Origin: Candidatus Aenigmatarchaeota archaeon
GTDB lineage: Archaea; Aenigmatarchaeota; Aenigmatarchaeia; CG10238-14; SCSR01
Reading direction: 5' to 3'
NCBI GenBank assembly: GCA_016187415.1
Contig: JACPJT010000007.1
Coordinates: 68,821 to 132,820, forward strand
DNA length: 64,000 nucleotides
Shown: positions 20,101 to 28,239 of the stretch, in pieces
How the letters are laid out: every line of letters starts with the position of its first letter
Position numbering within the stretch: position 1 is the first letter of the stretch
Position numbers and translations under genes: made by a program
The notes under the pieces: generated by a model
Told to the model about the DNA's origin: nothing
What the model saw: only the letters and a program-made list of their open reading frames with translations
The model's database searches: none

Positions 20101-22062
20101 ATGCCTGTAATCTCGCGCGAGTATAAGGAATTTTTAAAAGAGGAGGAACTGTCCAGAAGCCTGTCATTTTACGAAAGGCTGTGTCTGATTGCAGAAAAAT
20201 TCGCAGTCTTCCCGATGACCAAAGGCGTTGAGAATTCGTACAACGAAGCCATAAGTTTCTCGCATCTCAATGTCAAGCCGAAAGGCGCGTATTCTCTGGC
20301 GTTCCTTAGTGTATTGGGTATCATCCTAGCCTTCGTGGGTTTCACGATTTTAATCAACTCATTTTCTTTTGCTTCTGTAGTCCTTTCGCTTTTGTTGGCC
20401 GGCATAGCATTTTATTTTGTCGTCAGCTACCCGACGCATCACGCCACAGTGTTCAGGATCAACGCATCGTCCGAAATGGTCTTGGCGACAATTTACATGA
20501 GCATAGCGATGCACATCTCCCCGAATCTGGAGAATGCCGTCAGGTTCGCCGCCAGAAACCTCAAAGGGTCGTTGGCGACAGACCTTAGGGTATTGTTATG
20601 GGAGGTCTACACAAGAAAATATGAAAAAATAGAAGACGCTCTGGATTACTTTATTAAAAAGTGGGAGCGGGACAGCAAGGAGTTCACAGAATCCATATAC
20701 CTGATTAAAAATTCGACTGCAGAATCCCAGGAGAAACGAGAAAGGTTTTTGGACGAAGCGGTAACCGTGATGTTGGACGGCACCAAGGAAAAAATGAGGG
20801 ATTATTCGCGCCAATTGAAAGAACCTGTCACAATCCTAAATGCCATGGGAATACTGCTGCCGATAATAGGCCTGGTTTTTTTTCCCATCATGACCATATT
20901 CCTGCCGGGGCTGATCAAGCCATTGTTCTTGATACTGGGATATAATGTCTTCCTTCCGTTGATTGTCTTCCTTTTCATGAACAGTTATTTGGAGAGCAGG
21001 CCATACAGCTTCCACCAGCCCGACCTGAGCATACACCCGGATTTCATTGTTACAAAGTTATATGAAAGACCATATACGATACCGTTGCTGCTTTCGCTCC
21101 CGTTGATAGGTTTAGGACTGGCTGGCATACTTGGCGAAACGGAAGTTTTCAGTTTTCCCGCTCTGATGTATTCCATGCTAGTTACTCTGGGGATATTGCT
21201 TGGAATAATTTCATATAGCTATCTTTCAGTCAAGCGAAAACTGAAGATAAGGGACGAGATTACGGCAATCGAGACCGAATTTTCAGAGGCGCTATTTCAG
21301 CTGGGAAATATGCTGTTACGCGGCATACCTTTTGAGACTGCATTGAAAAAAACCAAAAATGAAATCAAGAATCTAAAAATATCGCAATTCTTCAACAAAA
21401 TATCCTACAATATAGAAACTTTCGGCATGACATTTGAAAACGCAGTATTCGACAAGCAGTCCGGCGCAATAAATTATTACCCGTCCAACATAATAGCGTC
21501 GATAATGCATGTCGTGGTTGAGACTTCCAAAAAGGGCATGCAAAGCGCGTCAAAATCAATGATCATAGTCTCGAAATATCTCAAGGACATGCACGAGGTT
21601 GACGAGGAACTGAAGAGCCTTCTGGAGGAAGTGTCATCGACAATGAACATACAGGCGGTTCTGTTGGCTCCTCTAAGCGCGGGCGTTGTCGTCACCATAG
21701 CCACTGTCATGACACGTCTTCTGGTAACCTTGGGCAAGACATTCAGCCAGGTGTATTCCAACATCGGTATCCCGCTCGGTTCGCCGAACGAAGTAGGCAC
21801 CAGCGCGCTGTCGTCAATAGCGAACATAAGTTCTATCTTACCAATCCATTTCTTCCAGCTTGTTGTCGGCGTGTATTTGGTGGAGATAGTGACGATAATC
21901 GCAATCACGCTAAGCACCATCACAAACGGCGAAGAGACCCTGCTGAAAAGATTTTCAATAGCAAAGACACTTCTTTACAGCGGTGCGGTTTACTTCATAA
22001 CGCTTCTGTTCACTTACTACATGTTCACTTCGGTGATATCTTTGGACAAGTTATTAACATAA
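20101..22062 (+). CDS. Polytopic membrane protein, candidate pilus assembly platform (TadC/FlaJ/PilC-like)
   Basis: 653 aa. Cytoplasmic helical domains alternate with TM clusters. It sits directly after the ATPase and pilin genes. Domain identity is not verifiable by eye. Confidence 0.5.
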   Translation: MPVISREYKEFLKEEELSRSLSFYERLCLIAEKFAVFPMTKGVENSYNEAISFSHLNVKPKGAYSLAFLSVLGIILAFVGFTILINSFSFASVVLSLLLAGIAFYFVVSYPTHHATVFRINASSEMVLATIYMSIAMHISPNLENAVRFAARNLKGSLATDLRVLLWEVYTRKYEKIEDALDYFIKKWERDSKEFTESIYLIKNSTAESQEKRERFLDEAVTVMLDGTKEKMRDYSRQLKEPVTILNAMGILLPIIGLVFFPIMTIFLPGLIKPLFLILGYNVFLPLIVFLFMNSYLESRPYSFHQPDLSIHPDFIVTKLYERPYTIPLLLSLPLIGLGLAGILGETEVFSFPALMYSMLVTLGILLGIISYSYLSVKRKLKIRDEITAIETEFSEALFQLGNMLLRGIPFETALKKTKNEIKNLKISQFFNKISYNIETFGMTFENAVFDKQSGAINYYPSNIIASIMHVVVETSKKGMQSASKSMIIVSKYLKDMHEVDEELKSLLEEVSSTMNIQAVLLAPLSAGVVVTIATVMTRLLVTLGKTFSQVYSNIGIPLGSPNEVGTSALSSIANISSILPIHFFQLVVGVYLVEIVTIIAITLSTITNGEETLLKRFSIAKTLLYSGAVYFITLLFTYYMFTSVISLDKLLT

Positions 22063-22078
22063 AATCCGAAATAAAATT

Positions 22079-22191
22079 ATGCGTAAAGCCCAAATTGAAT
22101 CCAAGATGATATGGATTATTATCATGTTGGCTATAGCATTGCTGGTAATCCTGGCGGCGTACGGCTCGACACAATTATTCAAGGGCGGATA
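22079..22191 (+). CDS. Tiny pilin-like ORF (37 aa, MRKA|QIESKMIWIIIML...)
   Basis: Basic-Ala followed by a hydrophobic helix. Not in the ORF track because it is shorter than 60 aa. Confidence 0.2.
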
Positions 22192-22194
22192 AAA

Positions 22195-22377
22195 ATGGAC
22201 AAAGGGACTTTCAGTTTGGGGATGGGTATCATAGTGTCGCTAGTACTCGCGTTTATAGCACTGATTCTCATCTGGTACTTTCACGAAAAGATTTTTGCCG
22301 TCTTTAGCGGTTTATTGCTGGAAGGACTGAAAGGTTACATGTGCAGCCTTATTCATGTGCCGTTCATATGCGGATGA
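22195..22377 (+). CDS. Small pilin-like ORF (60 aa, MDKG|TFSLGMGIIVSLVLAFIALI...)
   Basis: Internal start of the 22111 ORF. KG followed by a hydrophobic helix. Confidence 0.3.
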   Translation: MDKGTFSLGMGIIVSLVLAFIALILIWYFHEKIFAVFSGLLLEGLKGYMCSLIHVPFICG

Positions 22378-22411
22378 AATCGTTTTATTATTATTCCACC
22401 AAGTAATATCA

Positions 22412-24109
22412 ATGTCTAAAGCAGCTGTTAACGTTGTGGTTGCAATTGTTTTGGGGGTTCTTGTCATAGCCATCGGCGGTAGTCTTTTGCTCCAAACGCC
22501 GTCTCTTTGGAACAACATTCTTGATTTTTTGAAGGGGAAAGTAGCAGATTTTTTCATTCCGTCAGAAGGAAAGGCGCTGCATATAAAAGTCCATAGAGTT
22601 TCGCAACCAACATTACCGGTGATAGGATCACTACTAACAACTCCGATTAAAACAAGTACAGTAGACGAGGTATGGGATTTCAGACTATTCGACAAAACGG
22701 CATCTAAAAAAGTACTTTCCGGTAACGGTCAATATTTCATGATAGACACGAACTCGGTTACTAATAATTGTCTTTTATATATCACAGACGTGAGGGATAC
22801 AATAGTAGGTTCGCGTGATAAAGGATTTATAATTTATGTTAAACCAGGCGCTTATATCGACTATACCAGTCAGTCATTGTCTAACACGATTCCAACAAAT
22901 TTTATAGATTCATCTAAAACTGGATGTTTGATTGGATGGGGGACAGACGCAAATTGCAATCTTTGTCACACAGTTAAAGATGTCACTTGCCCATTCCCGA
23001 GTTTTCTGACTTTAGATACCCAATGCGTTGAAAATGCTAAATGCGAAGGTAAAAAAAATTACATCATTTGCAACCCATCTGATTTATACACCGGGTTTGC
23101 AAACGGATGCATAGGTTCGAATGAAGGCATGACCCCCTTAACTAATGCTATGAACATAGCATTCAATTCTTATTTGCCATCAAATAGTTGGAAAGAAACA
23201 TGCCAGAACGGGGGATGCGGTCTTTTGTCAGGCGACAAAGCCAGTCCAACATTCCAAGTCAAATACGGCCTTGTATGTTCGGACGGCGGCACATGGAAAG
23301 TATGTAAAAATCCGAAAGATAGTACAGCTTTTGTCAACAACCAAAAAATCGATTGTCTTCCATCTGGAGACCATTTCGATTGGAATAGAGTTTCCATAAA
23401 TCAGGCGTTGGGTATATCGTCACCCGCACCGCTACAAAAACCAGCTCTAATTTCGCCACTAGACGCTTCTGTAGTAGAACCGAGTACTGCTATCGGACCG
23501 TCTTCGCTTAACTTAGAATGGATGCAAGTATCTGGTGCACTTTCATATAAGTGGTACGTGAATGAAAATCCGAATAGACAAGAAAATGGAGAAAAGGTCG
23601 GTAGTTGTATCAAGCCAAACTCGAATAGTTTGGAATTAGATTATGCGACTGGAGAGCAATTTATGGTAGTTAGATCAAGTGCCCTGGAGACGCCGTTATC
23701 AGGTTCAGCTAAGACGTGGTTTTGGTCTGTAGAAGCCTGTGAAACCGACTCGTGCAATACATGCAGTGGTTATGCGCAAGAAAGAAGTTTCAAGACATCA
23801 AGCCTGGTTGTAACACCAACCACAATTCCAGTAAATACACCGATAAAAATCTCTATGGAGGCTATTGGTGATAATGTTGATCAGATATCTAGATTAACTG
23901 TAAACTATGGTGGTAAGTGGAATGACTGTTATTGCGACGGTTCAGTTCCGGGAAAAGCGTGTACGCAGTCGAATCCAACACAGTGCAGTAATACATGGGA
24001 TACAACAGAAACCACCATAGGAGCACATACGTATTATGGTAAAGTCTTTTATAGCAACGGAAAAGATGTAGATACACTGCCCAGCCAGATCAGCGTAACC
24101 GTACAATAA
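22412..24109 (+). CDS. Large Cys-rich pilin-like/adhesin protein (class III signal candidate MSKA|AVNVVVAIVLGVLVIAIGG)
   Basis: Probable start is M at 22412 within ORF 22355..24109. About 565 aa with more than 25 Cys in an extracellular region rich in Asn/Ser/Thr. Confidence 0.5.
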   Translation: MSKAAVNVVVAIVLGVLVIAIGGSLLLQTPSLWNNILDFLKGKVADFFIPSEGKALHIKVHRVSQPTLPVIGSLLTTPIKTSTVDEVWDFRLFDKTASKKVLSGNGQYFMIDTNSVTNNCLLYITDVRDTIVGSRDKGFIIYVKPGAYIDYTSQSLSNTIPTNFIDSSKTGCLIGWGTDANCNLCHTVKDVTCPFPSFLTLDTQCVENAKCEGKKNYIICNPSDLYTGFANGCIGSNEGMTPLTNAMNIAFNSYLPSNSWKETCQNGGCGLLSGDKASPTFQVKYGLVCSDGGTWKVCKNPKDSTAFVNNQKIDCLPSGDHFDWNRVSINQALGISSPAPLQKPALISPLDASVVEPSTAIGPSSLNLEWMQVSGALSYKWYVNENPNRQENGEKVGSCIKPNSNSLELDYATGEQFMVVRSSALETPLSGSAKTWFWSVEACETDSCNTCSGYAQERSFKTSSLVVTPTTIPVNTPIKISMEAIGDNVDQISRLTVNYGGKWNDCYCDGSVPGKACTQSNPTQCSNTWDTTETTIGAHTYYGKVFYSNGKDVDTLPSQISVTVQ

Positions 24110-24160
24110 CGCAAAATGCTTAAATATAATCCAAAACAAATATTAAATCAAGTGAAATTA

Positions 24161-24442
24161 ATGAAGAAAGCCGTTGCAGTCCCTTATATCATAGCCATCG
24201 TTCTCGGTATTGTTGTTATAGGACTTATTGGTTATTGGTTGTTCTTTTCCGGAGGAATTTTGGGAACAAATGCGTCAGAAACAAGATGCAATTCAGATGT
24301 GTTGAACTTCTGTAATACTATGCTCTCAGGTCAGACGGCAACAAAGGACTGGAAACAAACCGATAGTTGTAAAGGTGTAGGAAAATACGCTAGCCTATCC
24401 GCTTCCGATTGCAGGGCGCTCGGAGTTAACATACCAGGTTAA
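24161..24442 (+). CDS. Small Cys-rich pilin-like protein (MKKA|VAVPYIIAIVLGIVVIGLIGYW)
   Basis: Internal start of ORF 24116..24442. The N-terminal 20 codons are nearly identical, even at nucleotide level, to ORF 19771. Confidence 0.5.
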   Translation: MKKAVAVPYIIAIVLGIVVIGLIGYWLFFSGGILGTNASETRCNSDVLNFCNTMLSGQTATKDWKQTDSCKGVGKYASLSASDCRALGVNIPG

Positions 24443-24483
24443 CATACCAAATTCATTTCTTTAAGAAACTAATAATCTTATAC

Positions 24484-24540
24484 ATGTCCAAAGCGGTAGC
24501 TGTCCAAGCTATCTTCCTGATAATTGTCATATTTAAATAA
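24484..24540 (+). pseudogene. Truncated relic of the small pilin-like family (MSKAVAVQAIFLIIVIFK*)
   Basis: 18-codon ORF. It is nearly identical at nucleotide level to the first 16 codons of ORF 25518. Confidence 0.4.
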
Positions 24541-24563
24541 CAACCGTCATAATTTTATTACAT

Positions 24564-25103
24564 ATGTTACAAAATTATAACAAGTGGTCTGTGCTAAAAA
24601 TATTTTTTGATGACCCGTACCCGAAGGGAGACGGATTTCAACTACGAGAAATCAGTAGAAAGGTGAGATTGTCTACACCTTCTGTCAAAAAATACCTCAG
24701 CGAGTTGGTAAAAGAAGAGCTTATTATAAAATCTAAGCACCGGATACACGATTACCCATTATACACCGCTAATAGGGACAGCGAGAAGTTCCTCTTCTTG
24801 AAAAAAATCGACAATTTAATGTCTTTGGAAGAATCTGGTCTGTTAGAATTTCTGGAAAGAGCGTGTACGCCTGATGCAATAATTCTTTTTGGTTCTGCGT
24901 CTAGGGGGGAAGATACAAAAGTCAGTGATATAGATTTGTTTTTGCTGTGCAACGAAACTAGTCTTGATCTATCAGAATACGAAAAAAAGCTAGATAGGAA
25001 AATAAATTTGCTTTTCGCAGAGAATTTCCATGGTCTTAGCAAAGAACTCCGAAATAATATAATGAACGGTATAATATTGAAGGGGTATTTGAAGGTGTTT
25101 TAA
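24564..25103 (+). CDS. Minimal nucleotidyltransferase (MNT, Pol-beta superfamily) with N-terminal wHTH, antitoxin-like
   Basis: GS-x9-DxD motif LFGSASRGEDTKVSDIDLFL. Confidence 0.7.
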   Translation: MLQNYNKWSVLKIFFDDPYPKGDGFQLREISRKVRLSTPSVKKYLSELVKEELIIKSKHRIHDYPLYTANRDSEKFLFLKKIDNLMSLEESGLLEFLERACTPDAIILFGSASRGEDTKVSDIDLFLLCNETSLDLSEYEKKLDRKINLLFAENFHGLSKELRNNIMNGIILKGYLKVF

Positions 25104-25516
25104 TGCATGATGGATTGATAAAAATAAGGCCAGATAAATATAGAGCCAAGTCCGTCCTTAAAATGAGTGAAACTACTCTGGAGATGATTAGAAGTATAGA
25201 CTCAAAGAAATTTCCCTCTATTATAATAAAAGAATATTATGAAGTCATAAGAAGTTTGATTACTGCTATTTTAATAGCAGACGGTTTTAAAACAGAAGGC
25301 GAAGGCGCGCATAAGAAGCTTATAGAGTATCTAAATTCGAACTACAAAGAATTTTCCCAATATGAGATTTCAACTATAGACAATCTTAGAATAATGAGAA
25401 ACAAGATAGCCTATGAAGGATTTTTTGTGAACGAGTCCTACCTAAAGAGAAAGAAAGAACTTATATCTACAATAATAGAGAAACTGGAAAAAATATTAAA
25501 GGAGAAACTTATTTAA
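25103..25516 (+). CDS. HEPN-domain protein (toxin partner of MNT)
   Basis: 137-aa helical protein. Its start overlaps the MNT stop (TAATG). Classic HEPN/MNT pair arrangement. Confidence 0.5.
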   Translation: MHDGLIKIRPDKYRAKSVLKMSETTLEMIRSIDSKKFPSIIIKEYYEVIRSLITAILIADGFKTEGEGAHKKLIEYLNSNYKEFSQYEISTIDNLRIMRNKIAYEGFFVNESYLKRKKELISTIIEKLEKILKEKLI

Positions 25517-25517
25517 C

Positions 25518-25784
25518 ATGTCCAAAGCCGTTGCAGTCCAAGCGATTTTCCTAATAGCAGTAATAGCAATTACTTTACTGTTCGTCTTGGCAATATTCTG
25601 GGGATGGATTGACACCACGAAACTCGGCACAAGCCAGGCAACATGTTCCGCCAAAAAGGTCAGCTATTGCAGCAGCATCTTGAACGACAGGCCGAAACCA
25701 TTCGTCTGGAACACTAAAGAGCCAATCAACTGCGACCAATTCGGAATAAAAAAACCGATTAATAAAGCAGATTGTCAGCAATAA
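25518..25784 (+). CDS. Small Cys-rich pilin-like protein (MSKA|VAVQAIFLIAVIAITLLFV)
   Basis: Paralog of the 19771 and 24161 ORFs. Confidence 0.5.
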   Translation: MSKAVAVQAIFLIAVIAITLLFVLAIFWGWIDTTKLGTSQATCSAKKVSYCSSILNDRPKPFVWNTKEPINCDQFGIKKPINKADCQQ

Positions 25785-25808
25785 TTTAACGGAAAACAAA
25801 ATAATATC

Positions 25809-26189
25809 ATGAAAGCAAGTGCTGTCACAGAGGCAATCACCCTTGTAGGCGTGGTAACCGTAAGCGTCATGATGTTTTCCCAGGTGCCGGGCATAATCAC
25901 TGATATGAAGATTGTATTGTCAAAAGAGTCGTCTCTTTCAAAAGTGAAGGAAATATCAAGCCTGATAAGCATAGCCAGCAGTTCTCCGTCCGATATGAAA
26001 ATAGTCTACGACCTGAAGGAAAAGTCAAGCGTGTCATCGAAGGACGGCATACTGACTCTGACAACGTCCAAAGGCACGATTTCGTACAAGACCCTGAGCG
26101 ACCTGAAGGATTTCACAAAAGTTGATGTCGACAAACTTACTATAATTAAAACCATACAAGACGGGAAAGTAACAGTCGAGGTTATTTAA
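25809..26189 (+). CDS. Pilin-like protein (MKA|SAVTEAITLVGVVTVSV)
   Basis: Class III-like N-terminus. Ser-rich beta-type C-terminal domain. Confidence 0.45.
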   Translation: MKASAVTEAITLVGVVTVSVMMFSQVPGIITDMKIVLSKESSLSKVKEISSLISIASSSPSDMKIVYDLKEKSSVSSKDGILTLTTSKGTISYKTLSDLKDFTKVDVDKLTIIKTIQDGKVTVEVI

Positions 26190-26695
26190 TGAAGGCGCAG
26201 GCTTACATAGAGCAACTATTTTCAATCATGATGGCAGGCGTTGTCGTGCTGACATTCTCTTTGATAATCCCGAGCCAGGCCACCAAGATAATGCCCGAGG
26301 TCGAACAGGAGGAGTTGGAAGGCAGGGCGATCAATTTGGCAAACATAATCATGTCACACCCCAGCTTGGTTTATTCCGATGGCGTGACTTACTACAGGGG
26401 AGATTTTGATGCAAATAAGCTGGACTCGAATCCTTCAATAGATTTATTTTATCCAGGCAGTTTTTCAAAAGTCACGATAAAGGATTCGGTTACCGGAAAG
26501 GAATGGTCATTCAAGTTAATCGATAAAAAAAGCGATTCGGCAACCGCCTTCTCAAATTGTTTTGAAAGAACACAAGACATCAGCCAGTGCAATCCAAACA
26601 TGTTTTCTACAATAATGTCCAAAGGATTTCCAATCAACATAATGTATTCGGACAAGGCTGATCGAGGCATCATTACAGTTGTTGTGGTGGAATGA
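26189..26695 (+). CDS. Pilin-like protein (MKAQ|AYIEQLFSIMMAGVVVL)
   Basis: ATGA overlap with the upstream gene. Confidence 0.45.
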   Translation: MKAQAYIEQLFSIMMAGVVVLTFSLIIPSQATKIMPEVEQEELEGRAINLANIIMSHPSLVYSDGVTYYRGDFDANKLDSNPSIDLFYPGSFSKVTIKDSVTGKEWSFKLIDKKSDSATAFSNCFERTQDISQCNPNMFSTIMSKGFPINIMYSDKADRGIITVVVVE

Positions 26696-27183
26696 AAGGA
26701 CAATTGACCGGCTCGCCGGTTTTCATGGGTCTGATAGTGGTAGTCTCATTGATAGTGATCATCGTCACGCCACCGTCTGTAATCAAGGTAACTATTGACA
26801 AGGAAACCGCATTCACATATAATCTGGAAAATGTCCACCACACAATACTTTCAATTCTGTCCAACAAGGAGATGTACGAAAAGATTGGCATAGACATCAC
26901 AATTGACACAGGAACAAACCTTGATGCGATTGAAGGATTGCTAAAGGACCAATTTACAAACGGATATTGCATGTCCATATTCCGGCCAAGCACGACATTC
27001 ACAACCTATGCGATTCTTACCGGCTACGAAAATATACCTACAGCAAGTTCTCTGGGAACGTTGAAGACACTCTTGGGGAATTGCGCGTCGCTTGATGCTG
27101 GCTCCAATACAATCTTGGTTTTGCCTTACAGGCCGCCAGACAAAAATAACCTAGTTGAAATTATTAGGGTTGGTAAAAAATGA
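26692..27183 (+). CDS. Pilin-like protein (MKGQ|LTGSPVFMGLIVVVSLIVIIV)
   Basis: ATGA overlap with the upstream gene. Confidence 0.45.
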   Translation: MKGQLTGSPVFMGLIVVVSLIVIIVTPPSVIKVTIDKETAFTYNLENVHHTILSILSNKEMYEKIGIDITIDTGTNLDAIEGLLKDQFTNGYCMSIFRPSTTFTTYAILTGYENIPTASSLGTLKTLLGNCASLDAGSNTILVLPYRPPDKNNLVEIIRVGKK

Positions 27184-28232
27184 AAGCGAATGTGGCACTA
27201 GTTGCGCTGGTTTCCATAGCAAGCGTTTTGACAATAGTCGGCGTCTTTTCTTTCAGCATAGCGTATCAAACAGACACGGTTGAAAGGAGCATAAAGGAAC
27301 GCGGGATGATAGAGGTAATAAACCAGGTTGAATTTATCAAAGCGGCATTGCACCATGCGGTAGACTATTCTGTATACCAGTCGGCATACGAACTTTCCAA
27401 ATACGGGGGATACGACAGTTGCACAGTACCAGATGCGGGAGGGTTCAAGACGGATTTGCCGTATTGGAGGATACGTGACGCATGCTCCACGGACCAGTTC
27501 AAGGACAAGCTATCGAAAAGAGTAAATGAATTGTACCAACTCTACCTCAGTGCGATAAACAAGAAACTGGTTGGAGGTAACTTCCAGATACCAGACTATT
27601 CACCGCCCCAGATAAATGTTTTGGAGAATTCGTTGGATATTCTTGCGCAGGCTAAAGATAAAATTAATTTTAAAAGTTCAGATACGGGGCTTTCTGATAA
27701 CGGGGATATAAAAGAAAGTGTGAGAATCGAATTGGGAAAATTATTGTCAACAGGCGATCAGCTGTTCGTCCAGAGGGACGCTGTAGGGGATAAAATAAAT
27801 GGTGCAGAAAGCTCTATGAGCGGCAGTTGCAGGAGCACATATCAGGACGTATGCGGTTCGGCATATGCGGTAGCGATACCACCCTCTCAAGAATGCGTTT
27901 CACAATTTGCGTCTAACGTAAAATCCAGCATCAAGACTTTGGAAACCGAGACACAGGATTTGAAATTAACATTCTCGGATGATGATATCAAGGCAAAATA
28001 CGCAACACCGATAAAAAAGGATCCTGCCATAGCCATAGGCACCTGCAGTTGTTCGGATGAAGGTTGCTCAACATTATACAGAATTACATTCACGTATCAT
28101 TACATAGCCAGTGCAGACATCAAGGCAAGCATATCGGGCGATAAGATATATCCCGTGTTTGACAATGTCGACCAGAAAGCTGGCCTTAGGAATCTGGAAT
28201 TAAATTTCCGCGTCTTTTCTGAAAACAAATAG
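27180..28232 (+). CDS. Larger pilin-like protein, 350 aa (MKA|NVALVALVSIASVLTIVGVF)
   Basis: ATGA overlap with the upstream gene. Several Cys in the extracellular part. Confidence 0.45.
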   Translation: MKANVALVALVSIASVLTIVGVFSFSIAYQTDTVERSIKERGMIEVINQVEFIKAALHHAVDYSVYQSAYELSKYGGYDSCTVPDAGGFKTDLPYWRIRDACSTDQFKDKLSKRVNELYQLYLSAINKKLVGGNFQIPDYSPPQINVLENSLDILAQAKDKINFKSSDTGLSDNGDIKESVRIELGKLLSTGDQLFVQRDAVGDKINGAESSMSGSCRSTYQDVCGSAYAVAIPPSQECVSQFASNVKSSIKTLETETQDLKLTFSDDDIKAKYATPIKKDPAIAIGTCSCSDEGCSTLYRITFTYHYIASADIKASISGDKIYPVFDNVDQKAGLRNLELNFRVFSENK

Positions 28233-28239
28233 TATTTTC

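Noticed and set aside
22111-22377. 88-aa ORF as annotated
   Set aside because: Its N-terminal third overlaps a better small pilin-like ORF (22079-22191) in another frame. Only the internal-start portion (22195-22377) was retained, at low confidence.
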